This document shows positions 40,201 to 53,000 of a stretch of 64,000 nt of DNA, piece after piece (the first letter of the stretch is position 1; every line of letters starts with the position of its first letter). The stretch covers positions 62,001-126,000 of the forward strand of contig JAYWIR010000084.1 in the NCBI GenBank assembly GCA_036172245.1. Reading direction: 5' to 3'. Origin of the DNA: Raillietiella orientalis. Lineage: Eukaryota. Under the pieces are notes generated by a model. It saw nothing but the letters and a program-made list of their open reading frames with translations, was not told the DNA's origin and did not search any database. The translations under genes were made by a program, and so were the position numbers.

Positions 40201-41145
40201 GTTTTCTTTCTTATTCATTCGCGGCTTTTATTTCGCGACGCGATACGCGCTTCGATCTTGCGCTTTTCGTTTTTCAAAACGAGCTCCGGTCACGTCTCTT
40301 TTGTGTGCCCGGGCTCGTGGCAGTAACGGCAAGCGGCCAAGGGACACTTCGTAAGGCGGTGTCTCTCCTGCCCACATTCCGCGCTCGCAAGCGTTTGCCC
40401 CGCAAACCACAGGCGGACGGTCATTCCATCCACCTGCAGTCGCGCAGGCATTGCCCAGCGATCCGCCATCGTCACTCGCACCTGCACAAGCCCCCCGTGG
40501 TGGTCTTCGAAACCCTCAGCAGGGTTTGGCAACCTCCAAAGCGCGTGAACGGAGGCGAATTTTCCAAGGGCCTCCACGACCTAGCGGTCTGAAAGGCCCT
40601 TGCTCACTCCACTTAGCCGGACAACGAACGACTGATCCGTAGTGGTGGGGAGTATTTCCTGCCCACCAATGAGCAGCGGCATGTGCAGCAAACGCTGCGT
40701 AAGGAGAGCGTCCTTAATGGACACCTCTCAGTAGCCGCACCCACTCATGGGCATGAGGGACTCCAGCTGATCTCTCTGAACTCCAATCCGTTGGAGTTCC
40801 TGGAGAAACTCGCGCCCAACTCGCTCAGGCATAAGGACACTTACTTTATACCTGAGTGCAGGCGTGTAGCCATTTGCTACATACGGCTGCAGCTCAGGGC
40901 TGTCAAGCGAAGGTCCCATTGTAGCCGCGAGCGCAGCGACCTAAACGAACGTCCTCGCCGTCGGCGAGGACAGTGGCTCTATGCTAGCAGCCGAAAACGC
41001 CATCTCAGGAGCAGGTACCGTTCCCGTCTTGCGGCTAAAGTTCTAACTTGCTCCCATTGCAGCACAAAAGCACAGAATGACAAAAACGCACAAGAGTGAG
41101 CCTACCGCGGAGCGACGCAAAAGCACGTCCGTACGCGACCGGCGC
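37274..41145 (-). mobile_element. L1/Tx1-like element 'R', 5' end to RT, cut exactly at the KAFD motif
   Basis: GGACGTGCTTTT at 41119-41130, ORF1 with knuckles, TAATG at 38969-38973, endonuclease, and RT ending ALDFHKAFD at 37274. Confidence 0.9.
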
Positions 41146-43585
41146 TGATGCGTGAGACGGGAGATGTTCCCGCTTCTTTCCGCTCAGCAAAGGTGCGGCT
41201 CCTTTTGAAAGGCGGGGATTTGCGCCACCTCAGCAAATGGCGTCCGCTCACCTTGGTGAATTCGGACGTCAAGTTGTTCTCGAAGCTGTGGGTCTCGCGG
41301 CTGGGGAGAATCGCGGAGTCCTTGGTAAGTCCGGAGCAGACGTATGCTCTTCCGGGGCGGTGCATGCACGCGAATCTCTTCTTCGCGCGAACATGGTTCG
41401 AGTTCAAGCAGCGCGTGGCGCAGCAGAGCCAGGCAGACTAAATTGCCGCTTCCAAAGGTAAGCGGCGGTGTTCAAGGCACGATGGAACGCCGGGGGCCTT
41501 AGCGGTCGCCGTTGATCTCTGAAAAGAGTTCGACAGCGTAAACCAAAACCTCCTTCTGGAGCTTCTGGGACGCCTAGGCCTCCCGACGCACCTTATCGCC
41601 TACTTGCGCTTCTGCTGGCGCCACGCGTTATCCTGTATCTCTTTCAGCGGCCGCCACGTGTACGGCATTTCCATACGGCGTGGTATCATACAGGGAGACA
41701 GCTTAAGCCCCCTGCTCTTCAGCATATTCTTTGAGTTGGTGCTAAGGGCGTACAGGCTGACTCTGGCCAACCTGCCGAGCTCCTGCCAGGAAACACCGGC
41801 CATGGCCGCCTATGCTGACGACCTTCTCCTGCTGCTCCACATGTCCACCAGGACGTCCAAGCTCGAGGACTTCTTCGAGCTCATTCGTAGGGGAGCGGGC
41901 CTGAGCGGCAACAGGACGAAATCAACCGTTGTACCGGTTGGTTCTACGTGGGAGGGGCAGTACGACTGGATCCGCCTGAAGATCCCCACGCGCAGGAGCT
42001 TTAAGTACCTTAGTGTTCCCTTGGACGCCTTCTGTCTATTAGAAGCGTGATCGAACTGCCTTCACAAGGCCGAGACTGCTCTGGGTCCGTTCCAAGGCGG
42101 CAGGTTTCTCCTGTCGGAACGGGCCTTTGTGTGGAACATTTTCGTTGCCCCCTCCTCCGTTTCCTTTTTTTTGTTTTCCCCCTCCCTACTCGGCTAAGCG
42201 CCGGGCGCAGCGCCTGTTGCGAAACGCCTTGTGGGGACCGGCGAGGTCCAGGATACTCCTGAAGGAATTAAACCTCCTCGGCGGGATGCAGGATTGGACA
42301 TCCTGACGCTGGAGCGGATCGGACTGCTAGTGCAGTTCCGCATGCTGGCACTTTGTGCGCAGCTCTGGACTACTCCCTGGTGTGCTCCAGCGCGGCTGCT
42401 GCTGCGGCGCAGCACGGGTGGCGACGGACTACGTTCGTTGCATCTGCGCACGGACTGCGCCCAGAGAGGATTCGGCATCTCTTTGAAGCAGCTTGCCACG
42501 CTTCTGTGTAAGCATGAGTGGATCTCCTGCCGACCGACGAACTTCAACGCCTGGAGGCAGGAAGTCTTATCGTCCTGGACAGCGCAACAAGATGTGTCCC
42601 GTTTGGAACTCCGTTGCGTGAACCTTTCCCCATTCTGTCCAGTGGGGGAGGTTCTGGAAGACCAGGACCAGTGGACACGCCTAGCCGCTACGCCCCTCGC
42701 CGAAGCACTGTCTTCACTGATGGTTCGAGACGACAATGACCTACCGGCGAGGTGGGAGGTCGCTTGCGAAATAGCAAGCCATACCCAACTGCTGGGCGGC
42801 TGGAGGACTTGCGAAGTGGCAGACGCTACCACACCTCGCCTCCGTGCCAAGGGACTTCTCCGGTGGAGCGTGCTCCTCGGGGTGCCCGCCGAAGAACTTG
42901 TGGTCCCTTCTGCGTGCTTGGACGAGAGTGTCTTCCCCCTCCGTTGGAAACAGCATGCTTTTCTGCTGGTGCATTGGGGTTTGTACTGCAACCAGCGCGC
43001 GCACCTTGTTTCCAGGGGAGTTGCGTCCCCGAACTGTGCAACATGCGGAGCGGTGGAATCGCTTCCGCATCTGCTGTTTGAGTGCGGTGCCCTCCAGGAG
43101 CTGTGGCGGCGGCTGTCTTCAGCGCTCCTGCACCCTGGACACACCGCACTGGATTAGATGCGTTGCTTCTACACGCGTGGCGGTCTTTCTCTTGGAGCGG
43201 TCGTCGCAATCATCTGCTGCGTCCGCGCCATTGTAAGGGCCCGCCACGTATTGTAGATGCGAGCAGTCCCAACATCTATCCCCGACACCGCGGTCTGCAA
43301 TTTGCAAATGGCTGCCGGGTGGCCACACCTGGGAGCAGAAGTGAGGACGGAGATCGGTGGCATTCACCGCCGGTTCTGAGAATACGAATGGTTATACTGC
43401 ATACCCCTGTCCCCGCCCTCTCACCCAATCTATTTATTTATTGTCCCACCCCCTCCCGTTCCGAACTCTCAGTGTGCCTGTCCTGCGTTCCGGGAAATCT
43501 ACTCCCCATTTTCTGTTCCCTTCGCCTGGGAACACAGTTCCCAGTTGACATTATAAATAAACGTCCCGGCGCAACCGGGTAATAA
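41146..43585 (+). mobile_element. L1/Tx1-like element, RT to 3' end; inverted near-identical copy of 27462-29597
   Basis: Collinear with the reverse complement of element Q, including a shared premature stop and shared deletions. Terminal motif at 43556-43585. Confidence 0.9.
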
Positions 43586-43829
43586 TCGAACGCGCTACAG
43601 CGGTGACCGATTCTGTGGGGGCGTATGCCAACATCTGCATCGCAACTGATGGCAGCGTTGCCACCGCCCCTGGCATTAAATCTTCTTACGAGGCTACGTT
43701 GCCGCTGCCGTGGCTCTCATTGGTGTCCGTGTCTGGCACCGCTGCCTGATCGACCAACGAAGCACACAAAGCCTACAGCTAAGGACGGTTCTTGGCACGA
43801 CGAGCAGCGAGGATACACGTCCGTCCTAA

Positions 43830-45352
43830 CGGGCTTAAGGATATCCACTGTTTCGACCAGGAGCTCCTAGTGGAGCTCCAGGAACGCTTTGGATTTCTGG
43901 CCGTCTTACTGGCTTACCTGCGTTTTTGCTTGCGCTTCGCATATATTAATATAAATTTCAGTGGCCGGCACGTGCACAGCGTGCCGGATCATCGCGGAAT
44001 CAGGCAGGGTGACGGCCTCAGCACCCTGCTTTTCAGCATCTAGGTTGCGTTGGTGCTGAGAGCATAGAGGGAGACTTTGGCAACCCTTCCCAGCTCGTGT
44101 CTTTGCTCGCCTGCCTTGTCTCACGGTTTAGCGTTCGGACTGGATCCGTTTAGGGATCCCCACGGGTGGAGACCTTTGCGGCAATCGGAGGCCCCGCGTC
44201 CGCCTTTAAGACTTCTGTCCAACACGTAGAGACGGTGGACTTGGTCTCCTGACGTTGGAGCGCTTGGAGTGCCAGCTTCAATTTCGAAAACTTGACCTTG
44301 TGCCAAAGTATTGGACAGCACAGTGGTGTGCGCCGACAAATCTCCTCGCTCTCAGGGCAACCGGATGCTTCGAATTGACCTGTATCCTAGTAGGCAACGA
44401 CCGAAGCCTGAACCATTGTAAGTTTCAGCTGCAAGACTTGGTTGCCCTGTTGAGAGACAATCCGTGGATATCCTGTATCCTAGCGTGCTGGACTACCTGG
44501 CTCCAGAAGTCCGTTTCCGCATGGGCGAAAATCAACGGCTTTGGAGATGAGGACTTCTGCCTCCATAGAGGCAAGTACGCTGGTCAGTCACTGCAGCAGA
44601 TTGTTTGGAACCCAAGGAAACTTCTGTGGGCATCCTTCACTTCCCTTTCTCCAGTGCTGCCCTCTATCAGGGAAGTTTAAGACAGCCATTTGGAGGCATC
44701 GTGGGAAGTGTCCTGCATCATCGGAGGCAGGAGAAAACTGTTGAAGGCGTGGACGTCCGGGTAACTAGCCAGCGCTAGTACACCCTCGGTCCCGCCGAAT
44801 GGACTTGCACGCTGGGGCGCGCTACTCGACGTACCTCCGGAGGTGAATTGGCCTCTAGCGTCTTGATATAACGGCACCCTTCCCCTGCAGTGGCAGAAGA
44901 CGGAGTTGCTTCTACTCCATTGAGGCAGAGCGTGCCTGTCTCATTGGATATCTAGGAATGAAGATGCCAACTGCGCAGAGTGCTAAGAAAGGGAAACGTT
45001 CTTCCACTTAATTCTAGAGTGTTGCCCTCAGTCATATGTGAGATCGGCTCTCGTCGATTCTGAACATTCCAGGGTACCTCATTTAGAGCACTTTTAGACG
45101 CCTCCTGTTGAGGAACGCCATGCCAGCCTACGGGTATGTAGCAGTGCTCTAATGTATACGCGGCATCCTCGACAAGTGTACGGGGTCCACTTGTCCAGGA
45201 GAGACCGTCAAGGAGAGGCCGTACCAGTCTGAATGGCATTCACTGGGGAGTGATCTTGGAGAAGCTCTGCCGTTGACGCCGACTCAAGAAACGTTTGCCA
45301 GCACTTGTTCACATCCGGATTCGGATGCAAAGCCCTCTTGCAGCGTATCACG
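43830..45352 (+). mobile_element. Older degraded L1/Tx1-like ORF2 (RT to zinc finger)
   Basis: GIRQGDGLSTLLFS, GGLGLLTLERLECQL, LPLQWQKTELLLLH. The end is homologous to 20820-21230. Confidence 0.8.
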
Positions 45353-45973
45353 AATATACGCTTTCGAATAAAATCTAATACCACGCACACCGAAATAACG
45401 ATCAAAACAACCAGACGTTTCCCGGTGGCCAGCTATCACGTCCTCAACTCGACTATAAGGCATTCCAGTTAATGCTTCAAAAGTCGCTCCCTGCTTTGCA
45501 CTTTGATACAACAACATATTTCTACACGACACTTTTATGCCGAATTCTTCACCCATATTTCCTATCGTTAAACCAACGACATGGGCTCCACCTTCACAGA
45601 GACTCCTTTGACACGCATATATCTATAATATCTGCCAAACTGCTCCAAATTACAAAGTCTCAACAGATCCTTAACTAATTGAGCGTATTCTACAAAACAA
45701 AAAATCCATGAACAATTCACAGCATCTCCATCAGCAGTACGCAATGACGAACGCACCTTGCAAAGCATTCCTTACCACGACACGCCTAGTCCTCAACAAA
45801 CGCAAACGAGACACACAAAAACGACGAAACCGATGAAGACGCAAGTTCCAGCGACGACGACGCTTAAATGTGCTATATCCAGCACCACGACGACTTACAC
45901 GTCGACGCTTTCCATAAGCAGAAGATCCTACACGCTTTCGTTTTCTAGAACGAACAGCGCGAGATGACGCCAT
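45353..45973 (-). pseudogene. cap: CRESS virus capsid protein, frameshifted
   Basis: Arg-rich N-terminus MASSRAVRSRKRKR...KRRRRW, then in another frame YYRYMRVKGVSVKVEP, which resembles the conserved strand of circovirus-like capsids. Confidence 0.8.
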
Positions 45974-46217
45974 TCTGCTGATTGACAGCGTATTGACGAC
46001 CTAACCTAACCCCCCATCTTTTTGAGTCTGGCTGGTGGGCACGCCTATTCGACTTTATTAGCCTTCCTCGAGCTCGGATCACTCCCATGCGCTGCCCACG
46101 TGGACAAGCACACCTTGTTCCGCATTCCTTAGCCTCCCACGATTGCGGACAAAGACCAGCGACCAGAATATCTATTTCTACATATGAAACTTCCCAAGGT
46201 TTTGCCGTGTCAGCGAC

Positions 46218-46252
46218 ATGCAATCTGGGTAATACTGTTGACCAGATTGCAT
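46218..46252 (-). other. Rolling-circle origin stem-loop
   Basis: Perfect 11-bp stem ATGCAATCTGG/CCAGATTGCAT with a 13-nt loop. Positions 46229-46237 read CAGTATTAC on the minus strand. Confidence 0.95.
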
Positions 46253-46270
46253 TTCTGCGCAGTTACGCAG

Positions 46271-46278
46271 TATAAATA
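46271..46278 (+). promoter_or_regulatory. Putative TATA box for rep
   Basis: TATAAATA between the origin and the rep ATG at 46328. Confidence 0.5.
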
Positions 46279-46327
46279 CTACCACACGGACAACCAAAAC
46301 CTAGTCTCACTTACCGAGAATTTCAAA

Positions 46328-46630
46328 ATGCCATACGCGTTATTCTTCAACTGGTGTTTCACCCTCTGTAATTTTACTGAGAAAGACCTCAAAAACATCA
46401 AGGCATGGTGTAGATCTAACTGCCTGTTCGCATGCATTGGCAAGGAAACAGCCAAGACAGGCACACCTCACCTACAAGGTTACTTCCAATTGAAAGAACC
46501 ACGCACAATGCCAAGCGTGAAAGGAAAAGCCTTTCGGAAGTGCCACCTCGAAAAAGCTCTAGGATCCCCACGCAGCAACTTACGGTACTGAACGAAAGAG
46601 GACAAACAAGCATGGACCTTTGGAAAAATT
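46328..46630 (+). pseudogene. rep: CRESS virus Rep, HUH endonuclease domain only
   Basis: Motif I WCFTLCN, motif II TPHLQG, motif III Y*TKE (YCxK with a TGA stop), then AWTFG. The SF3 helicase domain is absent. Confidence 0.93.
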
Positions 46631-46654
46631 GAAAAACCTAACGAGCCACAGGAT

Positions 46655-47643
46655 TACCAAGATCGGCAAACGCGACTCCCGCAACCGTCGCGAACGCCGC
46701 GGAACCGCAGCAGGAAACCTGCGACAAAGACGCAAGCAGGAGCGACGACAAAAGTTTCGAGAAGACGGCGGAGGAACTAGCGGCCACCTTAATGCAGCAG
46801 CCTAAGGCTGCAAAGAAGGCTGTGAGACGCCCGGCGGAAGCCAAAGGACCGGAAACAACCGAGTCCGAGGCGGAAGCCGAAAACCCTCCTACCGTCGCCC
46901 TCCCGAAGAGGAAGGCGGGTCAGAAGTCCCGCAACCCTTTGCGCGTCGCTTCCCCTCAGGCTGAGGAGGAAATGCGCTCGGGTAGCGAGGAGGAGATGTC
47001 CACGAGGTTGCAAGATCCCTCCGTGGAAACCGCCCGGTCCGATCTTCCGATCGACTTAAGTCCGGCTGCCGACGTTCCGGTCGTTGCGGAAACCCCGTCC
47101 ATGCAGGTGGACATCGACCAGCCGTCTCCCGAACAGGAGGCGGCTACACAATCGCCACCACCATCATTAGCATGATGCGTGGAATCGCCTCTTGCCGGCA
47201 GCTGCGTATAGCCTGTTGGAATGTCAACGAGCTGCATAGCGAAAACAAAAGGCGTTGCATGGCCGACACCCCACGACCTTTCGACCTGGCACTTCTCCAA
47301 GAGGTTTACGCCCTCAGGAGAGAGGACGTCCAGGAGATCGAGAGGCTCACATAGGGAAGGCTACATTGGCGATGCGGTGGAGACCACTTCGGCGCAGTGG
47401 CCTTCCTGCTGAAGCCAGCCTTCGCAAAGGCAGTGCGCAGTGTACAGTTCTACGAGGAAGGTCGAGTTGGGCAACTTCTTCTCAAGTGGTCCGAATCGAT
47501 CGACCTCGTGGTCACGAACGTATACCCGCCCTGCAGCAGCCACAGGCGCGGAGAACGCACTGCGTTCTTCGCAGCCCAGCGGCGAGACTGGTTGGCCGAA
47601 GCAGGCGTGTGACGGGAGCACCTGATAGCGGGAGACTTCAAAC
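46655..47643 (+). mobile_element. L1/Tx1-like fragment: ORF1 end and endonuclease up to GDF
   Basis: FEKTAEELAATL..KAAKKAVRR, TGATG at 47173-47177, IACWNVN, NVYPP, AGDF. Confidence 0.88.
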
Positions 47644-47644
47644 G

Positions 47645-48900
47645 AGTGCGGACGTGTTTTTCATCGCTCTCGTCTCCGTGCTTTCATCCGCTTCATCCTG
47701 GTGTCGTACATTTTGACGACGATGTCGAGCCAGCTGGAAGCCACTGAAGTTCAAGGCATAGCGTCCGACTTGCCACGGCGCGCGCGAGAGGGTGGACGTG
47801 CTTTTGTGGTGATCCGCGTTTTTTCCGCGAGTGTTCTCGGTGATTAAGGTTTGAGCGGTGTTTCCTGGGCAGAAATGCCCGAGGACACCGCCAACAAGGC
47901 GGAGGGGGACGAGCGAGCCTCGTCCCCCCAACCCATGGATGTTGGGGCCATCTCCCCAGCGGATTCGTCCTCCGCCTCGGCGAGGGTTTGGAGCGCGGTG
48001 GTGGCGGCGCCTGCGCCGCCCCCCGCTGAAGAACACCGTGCGTACATGGCCGACGGGAACAACCCGGCCTTATTATACAAGGTAGGCGGCCTGTACTCCC
48101 CCGCGGTTTTGCGGACGTTCGCGGCAGAGTTCCGCAAATTGAAAGTCCCGGAGGAAGAAGTCCTCGGGCTATCGGTCCGAAGTGGCAAGCAGCTAGTTGA
48201 GCTCAACTGGAACTCCATCGTTGTCCATCTGACCGGGATCACCATGCGAATGGCGAAGAGCGCCGTTCGAGAAGAATTGGAAAAGTATGGCACCGTCCAC
48301 GCGTTGTGGGCCAAACACAATGTCCTGGGTTATACCAGGGCATTCAGTGGTTACACCGCTGCGCGCGTGACGGTTCGTGCCGAGGGTGGGCTACCCCACA
48401 GACTGCAGGTCGGGGAGGAGGAGATCGACCTGTGGTATGTGATGAAACCCGTTTACTGCGGCTTTTGCCAGGTGTCGGGGCATTTAAAGAAGAAATGCCC
48501 GAACATCGTGTGCTTGGGTTGTGGGGAAAAGGGGCACATCAGGCGGATGTGCCCCAACAAAAGAGGTTTGGTCCCGTAGGCGCAAGGAAAGAAGAGACGC
48601 CGAGGGAAGCAGACAAGGGCCAGGAAATGGCCGAATCCCGCCCGGCCAACCAACCCGATGCTCAGCCATCCTCCAGCGCAGATCCTGCTGGAGAGAACGC
48701 CGAGAACGAAGAAGGTTGGCAAAAGGTAGGGAAGAAACAGCCCTAGAAGAAGGAGGCAAAAAAGATAAAAAGGGCGGCGCCGAAAAAGCAAAAACCGGTC
48801 GTCCGCGCTTGTACGGTTAAAATAGAACGCATCTCGATCGCCAGAGCCGTGAAGAAAGTAACGGTAAAGGCGATCGATACCGTCGATCCCGATCCGGTCG
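47645..48900 (+). mobile_element. L1/Tx1-like 5' end(s) and ORF1
   Basis: GGACGTG motifs at 47650 and 47794; ORF1 with CGFCQVSGHLKKKC and CLGCGEKGHIRRMC. Confidence 0.88.
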
Positions 48901-48997
48901 TGCCCGCAGTGACGGCAGACGTGTTTTTTGGCTGCTCCTGCGTTTTAGCGCGAGTTTGTAGGTTCTGTGGTGTTTGGGCGGTGTTTTGAAGGCAGAA

Positions 48998-50015
48998 ATG
49001 CCTGAGGACACCGCCAACAATGCGGAGGGGGGCGAGCGAGCCTCGTCCCCCCAACCCATGGATGTTGGGGCCATCTCCCCAGCGGATTCGTCTCCCGCCC
49101 CGGCGAGGGCTTGGAGCGCGGTGGCGGCGGCTCCTGCGCCACCCCTCGCAGAGGAACAGCGGGCGTACATGGCCGACGGATACAACCCGGCCCTCCTGTA
49201 CAAGGTAGGTGGCCTGTACTCCCCCGCAGTTTTACGGTCGTTCGCGGCCGAATTCAAGAAATTGAAAGTCCCGGAGGACGAATTCATCGGGCTTTCCGTA
49301 CGAAGTGGCGGGCAGCTTGTTGAGCTGAACTGCAAGTCTGCAGGGATGGCTCAGCAGCTGCTCCGCCTGCCGGTGACCGTGAACGGTCGAAGAATCTTCC
49401 CGTTCACGGCGGACAACTCCATCGTTGTCCGCCTCACCGGCATCACCACGCGAATGGCAAAGACCGCCGTTCGCGAATCTCTAGAGCGATTCGGAACCGT
49501 CAACGCGTTGTGGGCGAAACCCAATGTCCTGGGTTACACCAGGGCTTTTAGTGGGTACGCCGCCGCGAGCGTGACGGTCCGTGCCGAGGGTGGGCTACCC
49601 CACAGACTGCAGGTCGGGGAGGAGGAGATCGACCTGTGGTATTTGGTGAAACCCGTTTACTGCGGCTTTTGCCAGGTGTCGGGGCATTTAAAAAAGAAAT
49701 GCCCCAACATCGTGTGCTTAGGCTGTCGGAAGAAGGGGCACATCAGGCGGATGTGCCCCAACCGAAAAAGGTCCGTTCCGTCAGGCGCGAGAAAGGAAGA
49801 GACGCCGAAGGAAAAGGACCGAAGCCAACAACAGGCAGCATCCCGCCCTGCCGACCAACCCGCTGCTCAGCCATCCTCCAGCGAACAACCAGCTGGAGAA
49901 AACGCCGAGAACGAGGAAGGTTGGCAGAAGGTGGTCAAGAAGAAAAAGGCCCCCGTCAAGGAGGTAAAACGCATAAACAAGGAGGCTCCGAAGAAGCAGA
50001 AGCCGGCAGTCCGCG
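48998..50015 (+). CDS. ORF1 (gag-like nucleic-acid-binding protein), open until interrupted by an insertion
   Basis: Uninterrupted frame: MPEDT..., RRM-like region, two CX2CX4HX4C knuckles and a basic tail. 5' motif AGACGTGTTTT at 48917. Confidence 0.85.
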
Positions 50016-53000
50016 TTTTCACCCGGATATGCGGGGGCATTTATTCAAAAGAATAAAATTACAATTAATTTTCGCGTGTTCAATTCAAAGGTCCACCACT
50101 ACAAAACAGCTTGGTATTTACCGGCGCTATGCCGGAGAGGTCCATCCGATGCGCGGGGGTTGGGAAAGAAAAAAAAAAAAAACAAACAAATAGTGGAAGT
50201 ATAGGAGGGAACAAATGTTTCGGGAATGGGAGGGCAGGGAGGGGATGACCGTGCGCGCGGATAAATCCTCTAGATCCTATTCAGGATCCGTACAAGCTGA
50301 GTCCACCCTGCGCCCAAGTGGCGCCACTTGCAGACGTCTAGGACGAATAGGCGAGTGAACCGTAAGGCGTTGCCGGTTGGCTGACGTCTTCTTCTGGTGG
50401 CGTTCCAAGCCGTCACGATCCCTCGAATGCAGCAGAGGACTGCTACAGAAGAGGGGGTGGACAAGGCGTCACTACGGAAGAGGAGCCTGGAAACGTCCTT
50501 AGTGCCGCATCCGCGCAAGTCCAGGATCGCCGTAAGGCGATCCCATAAAGGGCGGATGGCACTGCACTCGATGAGAAGGTGGGGGAAGGTCTCTTTTTCC
50601 CCGCACCGGTCACAATAAGGATCCACAGCCCCCCGGGTTGTGTGATGAAGGCGTGCTTTGAATGGAAGTCCCCAGAGGACCACAAGGAACGCCACATCTT
50701 GCCATTTCAGGTGGAGGCATCCACTGTTCCAGGACGCCGGGGGCCACTTTATCTCCTCTGGAGATAGTCCGAGTAGCTCGCCCCAGCGTCGAATTCCGTT
50801 GGGCGGGACTCTCGGCGTTGCAGCGTCCGCTAGCTGCCGAGATGTCCACGCCATAATCGTTTGTGTCCTGCCTCCAATGGTGCAGGACACGTTCCATTTC
50901 CCAAGCTCCCTACTGTCCCTGGCGTCGATTAAGAAGGGCAGCACTGGGGCAAGGGGGTTATCAAAGCCCACATGCGCTTTTCGTGGGACTGCACGATCTC
51001 CTGCAGTTTCCAGCGAACGTGCCTTTGCAGGCAAGTGTTTCTTGTGCCCGCCGAAACGTGGATCTTTACCCAGGTGGACACTGACTCGTGCAGTCATGCA
51101 GAGTAGTTCCCTGAGCGGCAGGAGATCCAGGCGTTCTCCCGTACCGCAACTTCCATGCGACTCAGGATTAAGCAGCCGTGTGCTTCTCTGCGGTCGCGTA
51201 TCAGCAGAAACGACAAAAGTCCGTCGAATCCGCAGGCTCGTTGGGCCAGGAGGCGTGCTGGAACGCACCAAGGTTTGTCCCACAATCCGGCCACGAGGGC
51301 GAGGGTCCTAAATGTCAATTGAACTTCCATGCGCTCCAGCGTAAGAACGCCAAGTCCTCCGTCCTTACGTGGAGCGCACAAGTCTTTGAGCCTCACACGG
51401 GACCTCCCTTTGCCCAAAAGGACTGTCCTCAGGAGGCCCGCTGCTCGTTTACGGATGAAGTAAGGGGCGGGGCACACAAAAAGTAGGGGGCGAAGAAGGG
51501 GGGCCGCAAACGCGTTCCACACCGCGGCCCGTTCCTGCAAGTAGAGCTTTCTTTCTTGGAACGGACCGGTCGCCAGCTCTGCCTTTTGGAGACGGTCGTA
51601 CCAGGCTTCTGCTGCGTAGAAGTCCTCCAACGGAACGTCAAGGTACTTGAAGCACCTGCCCGTGGGGATCCCCAAGCGGATCCAGTCCGACCGTCCAGCC
51701 CACGCCGAGCCGACGTGCATCATAGACGACTTCACTCTGTTCACCTCCAGGCCCGTCCCGCGGCGCAGCAACTCGAAGAAATCCTCGAGCGCACTCGCCG
51801 GGGTGGACCCGGGAAGCAGCAGCAGATCGTCTGCATAGGCCGACACGGCAGGCGTGCCGGCACACGAGCTCGGCAGGGTTGCCAGAGTTACCCTGTATGC
51901 CCTCAGCACCAACTCGAAGTAGATGCTGAAGAGCAAGGGGCTCAGGCTGTCACCCTGCCGGATGCCGCGGCGTACGGGCACGCCGTACACGTGCCGGCCG
52001 CTGAAACCAATATTGATTGACGCGTTGCGCCAGCAGGAGCGCAGGTAAGATTGAAGCACGGCAGGGAAACCAATGCGTTCCAGGAGCTCCAGAAGGAGAT
52101 CCTGGTCGACGCAGTCGAATGCTTTGTGCAAATCGACCGCGACGGCAAAGGCTCCCGCCGAGTCCATCCCACCCCCTGCCCGATCTTATTGGTCAGAGGG
52201 GCGCGCGAGGCTCCCTTGACCGTCCTGAGCAACGCGTTGTCGCAACTGCCACCATGAGCTGGCGAGGAGCAGGTTTGCCTCCATGGTTCGTCCGGGAACA
52301 GCGTAGGTCTGCTCGGGACTCACCACGGAAGCGGCCACCCGCCCCAAACGCTCAGCCCACAACTTAGCATACAACTTTGCGTCCGCATTCACTACTGTGA
52401 TGGGACGCCAGTTGCCAATGTTGCGTAAGTCTCCTGACTTCGGCAGGAGACGTACTGTTGCTGACCGGAACGAGGCGGAAACTTCGCCGTGTTCGCGGAT
52501 CAGCGCACTTAACCTGAGCACCACGGGGGCCAGCTCTGGCGCGAAGCGATGGTAAAACTCCGCGGGCAGGCCGTCCTCCCCTGGTGCCTTCCTTTTCTTG
52601 AGCCTGTTGATGGCGGAGATGATCTCCGCCATCGTGAACGGTTCCGCCAATCTGGAACGGTCCTCCTCCTTGAGCGCGGGAGCACCATCCGGCAGCAGGC
52701 GCTGCGCGAAATGGCGCTCAGGTGTTAGTGGCGCGTACAAGGAGGAATAAAACTCCCGCACGATGCGGCTAACCTGGGCTGGGCTGGAGCGTTCTTGGCC
52801 CTGATGATCCAGCAGGCAGGCCGAGCCTGACTGCCAGGCCTGCCTCTCCGCCTCAGCCTTGAATTCAGCCAGGCGACGGACGTCGGGACGCCGGGAATAA
52901 AGGCTCGCCTGGAGGTACGCCCGCTCGTTCCTGACACCCTCACTGAAGCCCGGCGGAAGACGTTCCAGGGGAAACTGGTCGCAAAACTCACGGACTGAGC

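Larger units (their letters stand above)
45353..46650. mobile_element. Endogenous CRESS-DNA virus (ambisense cap/rep with origin)
   Basis: Divergent cap and rep genes flank an intergenic stem-loop that carries a canonical nonanucleotide. Confidence 0.93.

Noticed and set aside
48998..50015. Zinc-knuckle ORF1 as LTR-retrotransposon gag
   Set aside because: No LTRs, protease, RNase H or integrase; in this group ORF1 is followed by an APE endonuclease and a non-LTR RT.
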